A stretch of DNA of 64,000 bases from Gammaproteobacteria bacterium (GCA_004796365.1 QZLE01000189.1:12471-76470), one strand, 5' to 3'. Shown: positions 48,705 to 57,438, numbered from the stretch's first letter. Notes: generated by a model not told the origin, from the sequence alone. Numbers and translations are program-made.

Positions 48705-49850
48705 TTAGCTAATACCGTTTTTCAGGGTTCTTCTGATTTTAAACATTATCTTTTCGAAAGAGTTATCGATTTCAAGACCACCCTCATACAGCTCCATGAT
48801 TTGGGTTTTGCTGTTTTCTAAAAGATTTCTAAAGTGACATTCTTCTGCTTCAGACAGGTTTAGCGAAATAAACCCTGCATCCATTTCCTGAATCAAACGC
48901 TCCAGCAGTTCACCACTTTGTTCTTTATGTTCGGAGTATTGTTTTTCGATATACTCGACGGCAGACTGTGTATCACTAATAAGGCGTTCAAGAACAGACC
49001 TTTGTTTCTCCACTTCCATCTGAAGAGCAATGGCCCTTATTCTGCTGTCGGCGCTGCTTAAAAAAGGAGCTATATTGTCTTTAATGCGCCCATATTTCTC
49101 CATATCATCAAGGGGCATGTTCTTAATTAAGAGTGAAATACTTTCAAAGTTGACGATTGTTCTTGCGCCAAAATCAAAAAACCTACTTTTGTCTTTGGCC
49201 CTGCTTAGCAGCTCATTCTCCATATTTTCTTTTTCAGGAGTAAGATTATTACCGTAAAAGAACAAACCTTTTGTTGATCTTATTTGGAAGGAAACATTAA
49301 GTTCGTAGGCTTCGCAGGCAGCAAAGATTTCATTTGAAAGTTCGTCGTAGCTATTACAAAGAATGCACTTCTCGATAGCAACTAGAAGCCCGCCTAGTTC
49401 CCCTGCAGTTGACATTGCTTCCAATGCAGTTTCCCATATCTCATTCGCGTCGGCCTGAACATCGTCTATTATTTGTTTGTTTTTTGCAGCTACTTGAACC
49501 CTAGCCTTGAATTCATCACCTTCGAAAGGAGTAGATATTACGTCATCACAGCCACATAGGTAACAATCAAGTCGATCTTCTATGGTATCTGCATCGGTTA
49601 GAATGACAACGGGAATCTTAAAAGTATCTTCGTCTTCTTTTAATTTTTTACAGGTTTCTAGGCCTGCATCATCAAATTCAGTTGTATCAATTATGACACA
49701 AGAAGGGTTGTCTATGATTGTATTGTCAGCAATCTCGGTAAGAGTGCTATAAATAACTAACTGGTGTTCACTCAGGTGATCTTTGCAGAAGTTTTCGATC
49801 TCTTCATTGTTTGTAGCCAATGTAAATTTATAAGATGCTGAATCACTCAT
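48705..49850 (-). CDS. pseudo-receiver domain protein with uncharacterised about 250-aa C-terminal domain; last gene of the module 2 operon
   Basis: 381 aa. Residues about 8-120 align with CheY, but the acidic pair is T13-N14 and the conserved Lys is Thr (VISTPF). The D57 equivalent (VIIDTT) and T87 equivalent (VVILTD) are kept. The C-terminal half is helical/coiled with no motif I recognise. Confidence 0.7.
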   Translation of the reverse strand: MSDSASYKFTLATNNEEIENFCKDHLSEHQLVIYSTLTEIADNTIIDNPSCVIIDTTEFDDAGLETCKKLKEDEDTFKIPVVILTDADTIEDRLDCYLCGCDDVISTPFEGDEFKARVQVAAKNKQIIDDVQADANEIWETALEAMSTAGELGGLLVAIEKCILCNSYDELSNEIFAACEAYELNVSFQIRSTKGLFFYGNNLTPEKENMENELLSRAKDKSRFFDFGARTIVNFESISLLIKNMPLDDMEKYGRIKDNIAPFLSSADSRIRAIALQMEVEKQRSVLERLISDTQSAVEYIEKQYSEHKEQSGELLERLIQEMDAGFISLNLSEAEECHFRNLLENSKTQIMELYEGGLEIDNSFEKIMFKIRRTLKNGIS

Positions 49851-49882
49851 TGCGTTTCCTTTTTTATATCGAGTTTTTGCCG

Positions 49883-50509
49883 TTAATCCAGAAAGTAAAC
49901 TTCTCCGTCTGTATCACTTTTTCTTAGATCGTCCTTATACTGTTTTTCAAGATCAAGTACTGTAACTTTTTCAACTTTTCTGACAAATACATCACCGGTT
50001 TCGGGTATAAAATACACTGTCCTTGCCTGCGTGCCACCAACATCGGAATTAATCAGTGGGATCTGTTCCATATTCAGATATTCTTTAACAAACGCAATAT
50101 TGTCAGAACCGATTTTATTCTCTGTTTCCGTAACTTTTGCACCGCCAAATATTTTTGCTTCCAGGTTTGAACGCTTAGACCCATGTTTCATAAGGTCGTT
50201 GATTAAAACTTCCATCGCCACAATTCCGTATCTTGTGGACTGGCTGTTGTAATCAGAAGTAATATCTCGGTTGATATTTTTATTTCGGCTGTGTGTCAGA
50301 AGAAAATGGTTCATACCTCCAATTCCTGTAACCTTATCCCTTATACACGCACACACACATGAGCCTAAAACAGTAATCAGCATTTCGCCTTTCCCAGCAA
50401 GCCCATATTCTCCGGGCATCAATCGAAATGCATATCTTTTAAAGCGCGGGTCCCAACTTCGATGTTTATCATCAAATGCAACATTTAGTTTTTTTGTATC
50501 TGTATTCAT
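49883..50509 (-). CDS. cheD: chemoreceptor glutamine deamidase CheD
   Basis: LGSCVCACIRD (catalytic Cys), GGMNHFLL (His), AKIFGGAKV, DVGGTQARTVYF. Confidence 0.9.
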   Translation of the reverse strand: MNTDTKKLNVAFDDKHRSWDPRFKRYAFRLMPGEYGLAGKGEMLITVLGSCVCACIRDKVTGIGGMNHFLLTHSRNKNINRDITSDYNSQSTRYGIVAMEVLINDLMKHGSKRSNLEAKIFGGAKVTETENKIGSDNIAFVKEYLNMEQIPLINSDVGGTQARTVYFIPETGDVFVRKVEKVTVLDLEKQYKDDLRKSDTDGEVYFLD

Positions 50510-50585
50510 TTGAATAATAAAACTCTATGCAGCATTTAATAATAAGGAGCTAATACAGTGGATGCGCTTTCTCCTTAATTAGTAC

Positions 50586-50957
50586 CTAGTCATCCATCAC
50601 TTTTTTAACAACAGATAATAGCTGGTCTGGTCTAAAAGGTTTAACCAACCAGACTTTCGCACCTGCAGCCTGACCCTCAGCGCGCATATCTTCAGCATTT
50701 TCTGTAGTAAGCATGATGATAGGAGCAAACTTGTTAGTTTCTGTTTGCTTCACGCCTTTAATAAACTCGATACCATTCATATTCGGCATATTCATATCGG
50801 TAATGATAATGTCATACCTTTCAGCCTGGGCTTTCGCCAGGGCTTCAGCCCCATCTGCACATGCAGTTACGTCAAACCCATTCATCTTCATGTGCATTCC
50901 AAGTACTTTACGCATAGATGCTGAATCGTCTGCAAAAAGTAGTTTTTTCTTACCCAT
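50586..50957 (-). CDS. cheY: CheY-type response regulator (module 2)
   Basis: LLFADDSASMRKV, IITDMNMPNMNG, MLTTE, WLVKPF. Same subfamily as the module 1 CheY (shared DDSASMR...NMPNM.GI...LTTE...GAAGA..W.VKPF.PDQLL..VKKV). Confidence 0.9.
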   Translation of the reverse strand: MGKKKLLFADDSASMRKVLGMHMKMNGFDVTACADGAEALAKAQAERYDIIITDMNMPNMNGIEFIKGVKQTETNKFAPIIMLTTENAEDMRAEGQAAGAKVWLVKPFRPDQLLSVVKKVMDD

Positions 50958-50982
50958 TTACTTCTCCTTTGTAACAAACCAG

Positions 50983-52107
50983 TTATTTACTGGATTCTAT
51001 TAAAATTGTAGCAACGTTTTGCAAAGATACCTGTTTTTCCGAAGCTCCCATGAGCCAAGCCTCTTTAGGCATTCCATAAACAACAGACGTCTCTTCGTCC
51101 TGTGAAAATGTCCGCGCTCCAGCATCTCTCATTTCTTTTAAACCTCGGGCGCCGTCATCACCCATCCCAGTAAGTAGGCAGCCTATTGCATTTTTTCCGG
51201 CACAGCGTGAAACCGAACGGAATAGAACGTCTACAGCTGGACGATGGCGGTTGACGAGTTGGCCTTCAACCAATTCAATTTCATATTCTTTGCCTATGCG
51301 CTTAATTAGCATGTGCTTGTTTCCAGGGGCTACCCAGGCCTGTCCGGGCTTTAATATTTCACCACCGCAAGCTTCCGAAACGGTCATTGAGCTTATTTCA
51401 TTTAAGTTTTGGGCGAATGCAGCAGTAAATTGTTCAGGCATATGCTGCACAATCAGCGTAGCAGGGGAGTTATGTGGCATATCAGCGAGTACATCGCGCA
51501 AAGCTTGAGTGCCGCCGGTTGATGCACCAATGGCAATAATTTTGTCTGTGTCTATCTGCGGTAGCCTTGTAGTGTTACTAATAACGGCGTCAGCTGTATA
51601 TTTCGGTGAAACAGAATTGGTTGATGCAGCTGTTTTTTGCTCTGATGTAGCTTTCGGTGGAATGGCAGGCTTTGCAATAGCTCCTCCCGCTGGTTTCTTA
51701 ACTTTTGCAAATGCAGCGGCTTTTATTGCTTCGCGAACCTGAATAGAAGCCTCAGTCAGAAAATCCTTTAAACCAATTTTGGGTTTATTTATCACATCAA
51801 CTGCTCCGTTTTTTAGGGCTTGCATAGTGAGCTGCGCTTGCCCTTCTGTAAAGCTTGAACAAATTACAACTGGGATTGGGTTGATGGGCATTAGCTGTTG
51901 CAGGAATGTTATTCCATCCATTCTCGGCATTTCGATATCTAATATGATGACATCTGGCTGAATGGTTTCTAATTTTCGCTGCGCAAAAATCGGGTCTTGA
52001 GCATGCGCTACAACTTCCATTTGTGGATCAGAATTGACAATATCTGACATCACCTTGCGAACAAGTGCTGAATCATCGATTATCATAACCTTAATAGGTG
52101 TTGTCAT
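50983..52107 (-). CDS. cheB: chemotaxis response regulator protein-glutamate methylesterase CheB
   Basis: N-terminal receiver (VMIIDDSALVRKV, IILDIEMPRMDG) plus a C-terminal esterase (GASTGGTQAL, QHMP, GMGDDGA). Confidence 0.95.
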   Translation of the reverse strand: MTTPIKVMIIDDSALVRKVMSDIVNSDPQMEVVAHAQDPIFAQRKLETIQPDVIILDIEMPRMDGITFLQQLMPINPIPVVICSSFTEGQAQLTMQALKNGAVDVINKPKIGLKDFLTEASIQVREAIKAAAFAKVKKPAGGAIAKPAIPPKATSEQKTAASTNSVSPKYTADAVISNTTRLPQIDTDKIIAIGASTGGTQALRDVLADMPHNSPATLIVQHMPEQFTAAFAQNLNEISSMTVSEACGGEILKPGQAWVAPGNKHMLIKRIGKEYEIELVEGQLVNRHRPAVDVLFRSVSRCAGKNAIGCLLTGMGDDGARGLKEMRDAGARTFSQDEETSVVYGMPKEAWLMGASEKQVSLQNVATILIESSK

Positions 52108-52976
52108 TTTTTAATCCCCTTATCAGATTTTTTTCTATACACTGAAGTTGCTTCAGTGCATAGTTCTGGGCATAGCATTTGTATTGATTCCGAATGCCCG
52201 GTAATAAGGTATCCTCCGCGATTCAAACATTGTAAAAGGCGGCTGATTACATTTTTTTTGGTTGTCTCATCAAAGTAAATCAGAACATTGCGGCAGAATA
52301 TTACATCGAATTTCTCGCTTGGAAGGGTAGAGCTGATAAGGTTGAATATCTCGAATGTAACCTTTTTCCTTAACTCAGGGACGACGCGAACATTTTGTGA
52401 TTGCCTGTTTTTCCCGCGCATCAGATATTTTTTATGCAGATTTTCAGGTAGTTTGCTTACCCTTGTCAGAGGGTATATCCCAGCCCGAGCTGATTCAAGA
52501 ACACGGTGCGATAGATCTGTCGCCCATATGCTCCATCCATTACGTATATGTGCTGAGTTGTCCATAAGCATAGCCAGGTTATAAGGTTCTTCACCAGTTG
52601 ATGAGGCTGCGCACCAGATTTTGAATGGAGCACTTCCTTTATTGGCATATTCCGGGATTATTGTTTGTTCCAAATAATGATAGTGTTGTGGCTCCCGGTA
52701 GAAATAGGTTTCATTCGTTGTTAGCCTGTCAACGCAGTGCTGAAATTCTCCAGTTTTTAGCCCTTCGCCATCAATAGCATAGTCAAAATAATCCTGATAG
52801 TTATCAAATCCACAGTCGATCACTCTTTTGCGGAGCCTACTGGCAACCATCATTTTTTTTGCCTCTGAGAGGTTTATTCCAGCGTGCTCATACATAAAAG
52901 AGCGAAACATTTGGAATGTTTTGTCAGAAAATTTCAGGGCCTGGGCATTGTGATTTGTGTAAGTATCTTGGTTCAT
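52104..52976 (-). CDS. cheR: chemotaxis protein methyltransferase CheR
   Basis: ETYFYREPQHY, IWCAASSTGEEPY, IFCRNVLIYFD. The stop overlaps the cheB start (ATGA, 52104-52107). Confidence 0.95.
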   Translation of the reverse strand: MNQDTYTNHNAQALKFSDKTFQMFRSFMYEHAGINLSEAKKMMVASRLRKRVIDCGFDNYQDYFDYAIDGEGLKTGEFQHCVDRLTTNETYFYREPQHYHYLEQTIIPEYANKGSAPFKIWCAASSTGEEPYNLAMLMDNSAHIRNGWSIWATDLSHRVLESARAGIYPLTRVSKLPENLHKKYLMRGKNRQSQNVRVVPELRKKVTFEIFNLISSTLPSEKFDVIFCRNVLIYFDETTKKNVISRLLQCLNRGGYLITGHSESIQMLCPELCTEATSVYRKKSDKGIKK

Positions 52977-52989
52977 AGCGCTGGAATTG

Positions 52990-53517
52990 TTATACGTCTA
53001 ATGAGTTTTCCTGCATCATCTCAACGATTTCAAGCTCTTCGAGTGACAGCACATTATTTATATCCAAAATAATTATGAAGCGCTCATTTATTTTGGCCAT
53101 ATTCTTAATAAACCGCGTATCTATGGTGCTACCAAGCTTTGGTGCTGGTTCGATTGCCTCTTCTGGAATATCACGTACCTGCTGAACTTTGTCGACAAGA
53201 CACCCTAGAATTCTTTTATTTTCGCTGCCATCTACTTCCGCAATGATTATGCAGGTTCTTTTGGTTATTTCCTGTTGATCTTGCTCAAATTTGCAAGCAA
53301 GATTAATAACCGGTACGGCTCCACCACGAAGATTTATGATGCCGCTGACAAAATCTGGTGTCATAGGCACTTGGGTTGGTTCAGTATATTCAATAATTTC
53401 TCTGATTTGGGTGACCGGTATGGCATATGTGTCAGCAGCGACATTAAACAATAAGTATTGTTCGCCAGTTAACGTAAGATCATCAATGTCCAATTGCTCT
53501 ATCTCTATCTCACTCAT
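52990..53517 (-). CDS. cheW: CheW coupling protein (module 2, copy b)
   Basis: YLLFNVAADTYAIPVTQIREI...VPMTPDFVSGIINLRGGAVPVINL. Confidence 0.9.
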   Translation of the reverse strand: MSEIEIEQLDIDDLTLTGEQYLLFNVAADTYAIPVTQIREIIEYTEPTQVPMTPDFVSGIINLRGGAVPVINLACKFEQDQQEITKRTCIIIAEVDGSENKRILGCLVDKVQQVRDIPEEAIEPAPKLGSTIDTRFIKNMAKINERFIIILDINNVLSLEELEIVEMMQENSLDV

Positions 53518-53554
53518 ATATTGGCCTCAATCATTTGTATTAGTTTCAAATTAA

Positions 53555-54112
53555 CTAATGTGTTGCTTCGGTTGATGTGAATGTTGATTGGCTTAATCCA
53601 GCATCATAGCCGATGATTAGTTCTTGAGCTGAAAAGAGAGTGTCAGTATCAAGAATGGTGAAAAACCTATCGTCAATATTACTAAGACCCTTCACATAGT
53701 TAGCGGCTATAATGGTTCCAAGTGCAGGGGTTTCTTCAATAGCATCATCTTCAATTTCTTGAACTATTAAAACCTTATCAACCATGCAGCCAATCATGAT
53801 TGTTTCATTGTCTAACGATACTTCCATAATAATAATACAGGTGCGCTTAGTTATTTCGCTGTCTTCTAATCCAAATACTTTTGTAAGTTCGATAACAGGT
53901 ATGATTTTACCGCGCAGATTTACAACACCTCGATACCTTTCTGGTGCTGTTGGAACAATTGTAACTTGATCATACTCAATAATTTCAAGAATTCGGGTTA
54001 CTGGGATTGCAAAAGGTTCATTGCCCAATAAAAAGCTAAGGTATTGATTGTTAATCAAAGTGGTTTCATTGGTTTCAGCAATTTGTGCATTTAAGTCTTC
54101 GTTTGAGCTCAT
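53555..54112 (-). CDS. cheW: CheW coupling protein (module 2, copy a)
   Basis: YLSFLLGNEPFAIPVTRILEI...VPTAPERYRGVVNLRGKIIPVIEL. Confidence 0.9.
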   Translation of the reverse strand: MSSNEDLNAQIAETNETTLINNQYLSFLLGNEPFAIPVTRILEIIEYDQVTIVPTAPERYRGVVNLRGKIIPVIELTKVFGLEDSEITKRTCIIIMEVSLDNETIMIGCMVDKVLIVQEIEDDAIEETPALGTIIAANYVKGLSNIDDRFFTILDTDTLFSAQELIIGYDAGLSQSTFTSTEATH

Positions 54113-54124
54113 AGCAAATCCCTT

Positions 54125-56326
54125 TTATATTTCAGCAGATTCTGAAGAAATGGTTTCATTTGAGTTCTGTCCATGCGGTTGATTCATGAAAGAATCGCGC
54201 TGTTTTTCGCTTGCGTCAGTTATTAAGCTGGATACATCAATGATCATAGAAACATTTCCGCTACCAAGAATAGTAAACCCTGAGAACCCTTTAAGGTTTT
54301 GGAAAATTTTACCTAACGGTTTAATAACAGTTTGTACTTCACCGTGTAGGCTGTCGACCAACAGGCCTGTCTTTTTGCCTGAATGCTGAACTACAATCAC
54401 ATTTTTTGTTTCAGGTTCGTTTTCAAGTGTTTTCGGTAAGCAAAAATGTTTCTTAAGATCAATTAATGGCAGCACCTCACCGCGCAGATTGATATAGTTA
54501 TGCTTTTCCATTTCTTTGGTTTGTTCTTTTGTTAGTCTGAGGCATTCAACAACCATATCAAGTGGAATAACAAAATCCTCGTTTTCAGTACAGATAAGAA
54601 ATCCATCAATAATTGCTAGCGTAAGTGGAAGCTGGATTATGACATTCGTACCTATACCTTCTTCTGATTCAACATTGATATTTCCCCTCAGGCTTTCGAT
54701 GTTTCGTTTTACTACATCCATGCCAACACCGCGACCTGATATATTGGATACTTGCTCAGCTGTTGAAAATCCAGGTTCAAATATCAGGTTGTATATTTCA
54801 GAATCGGATAATTTGTCATTTTGCTTAATCAAACCACGCTCAATTGCTTTATTGGATATCTTTTCTTTATTTAGGCCTTTTCCATCATCTGATACTTTGA
54901 TAACGATTGAACCTGTTTCGTGATATGCACTTAAAGCAACATGACCTTCTGGTGGCTTATTATTAAGCTCACGCTCGCTTGGTTTTTCAATGCCATGGTC
55001 AATAGCATTTCGTATTAAGTGCGTTAGCGGGTCAGTAATTTTCTCTGCTACTGTTTTATCAAGCTCAGTTTCACCACCAGAGATTTCGAAGTTTATTTGT
55101 TTGCCAAGCTCATTTGATGTATCACGAACTGTCCGGTTAAACCTTTTGAATACTCCGTCGATAGGAACAATACGCAAACCAAGGGCAGTTTCGCGCATTT
55201 CTTCAAGAGTTTCATTCATTTCGGTTACTGCTTCCGCGAGTTTGTCATCATCAATGTTTTCAGTTAACCCGGAAACTCTCTCGCCATTAATTACAAGTTC
55301 ACCAACAAGATTAATCAAAGTATCAAGCTTGCTTGCATTAACCCTTAAAAATTCGATCGATTGTGAGCTTGCTGCACGTGTCTGCTGTTGTTTTGCAATT
55401 GCTGATTCTAAAACTTCAGGTTGTACATCTCCTTGTTCAACGAGTATATCTCCTGTACGCGAACCGGTTTCTTTTTGTCTGTCAAGGGCTGTTTGTAGCT
55501 CTTTCTCAGTTAAAGCTCCAGAGGTAACTAGTATTTGTCCAATTACTGCTTCGCCGTTTGGTAATAGACTGATTATTTTTTTATATTCTTCAGTTTTTGA
55601 TTCAGGAGAAAGAATATGGAATTCGCAGTCATCCATAAATTCGAAAATGTCAGCTATTGCCTGCTTTTGACATGATGACTCTAAAAGCAGCAACCAGGAT
55701 AGATGGCAGCTCTCAGGGTCAATTTCATCCAGTTTCGGAATATCTGGCATGAACAGATTAGCTGAAGTAATAACCCCTAGTTCATTTAGCTCCCTGAATA
55801 TCGCCTTGATGCTAAATCCTTGTCTGAATGTTTCAGTGCCAAGCTTGAGGTTTATAGTGAATATGCCTGTTGGCGTCTCAACTTGTGTCGCAGATCCGTC
55901 TTCATCACATGGGTTTGCTGCTAGAGCAGCTGCATGGGGGTCTGCAAGGTAGTGCTCGAGAAGTTTTGTGGCTTCATCAAGATCGTTTTGGTCAACTTCA
56001 CCACTCCCAACAAGAGAGTCCATCATTGATGTTATGATGTCTTTGCTGCGCATAAATAGTGAAACCAAATCGCTAGTTATCGGAACGATGCCATTTCTGA
56101 CTTCAACTAGTAAGCTTTCCATAATATGGGTAAAGTCAATTATTTGGTCATACCCAAATAGGCCTGCATTTCCCTTTATGGTATGGGCTGCTCGAAAAAC
56201 CCTGTTCATAGATTCACTGTCGTTTGGGTTGCTCTCAAGGTCCAATAAAGCAGACTCCATATCTTCAAGGAGCTCATTACCTTCACTGATGAATATTGAA
56301 AGATTTTCGTCCATTTCTGAATTCAT
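54125..56326 (-). CDS. cheA: chemotaxis histidine kinase CheA (module 2)
   Basis: HPt FRAAHTIKGNAG, dimerisation LRVNASKLDTLINLVGELVI, N box HLIRNAIDHG, G1 DDGKGL, G2 GRGVGMDVV, C-terminal CheW-like domain. Confidence 0.95.
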   Translation of the reverse strand: MNSEMDENLSIFISEGNELLEDMESALLDLESNPNDSESMNRVFRAAHTIKGNAGLFGYDQIIDFTHIMESLLVEVRNGIVPITSDLVSLFMRSKDIITSMMDSLVGSGEVDQNDLDEATKLLEHYLADPHAAALAANPCDEDGSATQVETPTGIFTINLKLGTETFRQGFSIKAIFRELNELGVITSANLFMPDIPKLDEIDPESCHLSWLLLLESSCQKQAIADIFEFMDDCEFHILSPESKTEEYKKIISLLPNGEAVIGQILVTSGALTEKELQTALDRQKETGSRTGDILVEQGDVQPEVLESAIAKQQQTRAASSQSIEFLRVNASKLDTLINLVGELVINGERVSGLTENIDDDKLAEAVTEMNETLEEMRETALGLRIVPIDGVFKRFNRTVRDTSNELGKQINFEISGGETELDKTVAEKITDPLTHLIRNAIDHGIEKPSERELNNKPPEGHVALSAYHETGSIVIKVSDDGKGLNKEKISNKAIERGLIKQNDKLSDSEIYNLIFEPGFSTAEQVSNISGRGVGMDVVKRNIESLRGNINVESEEGIGTNVIIQLPLTLAIIDGFLICTENEDFVIPLDMVVECLRLTKEQTKEMEKHNYINLRGEVLPLIDLKKHFCLPKTLENEPETKNVIVVQHSGKKTGLLVDSLHGEVQTVIKPLGKIFQNLKGFSGFTILGSGNVSMIIDVSSLITDASEKQRDSFMNQPHGQNSNETISSESAEI

Positions 56327-56343
56327 AAGATGCTTCCTTTTGG

Positions 56344-56712
56344 CTAAGATTCTGTTGGGAGGTCTTCCGAAGCCGGTTCAGTTGCAGCTGTTTCACCAAG
56401 CTGCTCATTCAGTGATTCTCTAGAAGGTAGAGGGGTGCAGGTTTTATCTGATAAAGTAATTAGATCTTCCGGTATATTTATTAACTCAAGATTGCCTTTT
56501 TTTTCAAAGAGATAATTATTTGTCGCATGTAGCAATTGTAAAAAACACGCATCAACCTGCTCAACATTTGCTAAGTCCAGGCAAATATCGGGAGAGTTGC
56601 CTGCAGCTTCAAGTATTTGCTCTTTTACAGAGCTAATCGTATAAATATTGCATTCTTGCTGAAGTTTGATCGTTTGCTGATCGTCCTGATCTTTGCTCAT
56701 TTTTTCACCCAA
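56344..56712 (-). CDS. STAS-domain protein, first gene of the module 2 operon
   Basis: 122 aa (ATG 56700 is the alternative start). LDLANVEQVDACFLQLL aligns by eye with the STAS L.L..V.F.DSSGL..L segment. Acidic Pro/Glu-rich C-terminal tail. Its stop lies 17 nt upstream of the cheA start. Confidence 0.65.
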   Translation of the reverse strand: MGEKMSKDQDDQQTIKLQQECNIYTISSVKEQILEAAGNSPDICLDLANVEQVDACFLQLLHATNNYLFEKKGNLELINIPEDLITLSDKTCTPLPSRESLNEQLGETAATEPASEDLPTES

Positions 56713-56845
56713 TCATTGCAAATTATAGCCCTATATGGAAATTGCATTAAGCATGTCCAATCCATTTTTAAATTATAGAATAGCTTTTGGAAAATGCTCA
56801 TAACGAACTCTACCAACACAAAAAAAGCATTGTTAGGAGGGTTAA

Positions 56846-57256
56846 ATCAAAATAATCACATTATCGATTTCTGATAAAGCTATTTTAATTGTTGATGATA
56901 TGGACTCAATGCGGCAGCTATTAAAAGCTATATTACGTGATGGTGGATGTAAAAATATTGCCGAGGCTTCTAATGGTTCACAAGCATTGGAACTGGCAAA
57001 ATCTCGCTATTATGATTTAATCATCTCTGACTGGAATATGCCCAAAATGGATGGTCTTGAATTTCTTCAGTCTGTCAGGTTAGACGACAAGATAAAAGAT
57101 ACGCTGTTTTTGATGGTCACAAGCGAATCTGAGAAAGAAAATGTTGTTAAGGCTATTCAGGCGCGGGTTGATGGATATGTCATCAAGCCTTTCACACAAA
57201 TTACTGTTACAAAGCAAGTAATAGCCACATTCGCTAAGCAAATTCGATTTGAATAG
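56846..57256 (+). CDS. CheY-like single-domain receiver, divergent from module 2; 5' end requires a non-AUG start
   Basis: The ORF track starts at ATG 56900, but the in-frame upstream codons (after TAA 56843-56845) encode IKIITLSISDKAILIVDD, supplying the receiver beta-1 strand and acidic pair. AGGAGG at 35-40. Downstream residues are intact: IISDWNMPKMDG, MVTSES, VIKPF. The exact start is uncertain among ATC 56846, ATA 56852 and ATT 56882. Confidence 0.7.
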   Translation: MKIITLSISDKAILIVDDMDSMRQLLKAILRDGGCKNIAEASNGSQALELAKSRYYDLIISDWNMPKMDGLEFLQSVRLDDKIKDTLFLMVTSESEKENVVKAIQARVDGYVIKPFTQITVTKQVIATFAKQIRFE

Positions 57257-57438
57257 TCCCTTGTCCTTAATAAATCTTCTGTATATTACTGTTTCAATGC
57301 CAAACAAGCTGCAAAATCATGTTTCAGTCATTGTAAAGCTGTAAAAAAATACTAAATTTAGTACTAAGCAAATATAACAGATGTATAAGCTGTTATATCG
57401 TCTTAATAACTTTGTATCTTGATCTAAGGGTTTATGGA

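Noticed and set aside
54186-56423. Plus-strand ORFs antisense to cheA of module 2 (including 54990..55670, 226 aa, and 55968..56423, 151 aa)
   Set aside because: They are Ser/Leu-rich antisense shadows of a highly supported cheA gene. The same applies to the antisense ORFs inside cheB, cheR, the MCP genes, mtaD and the M16 peptidase.
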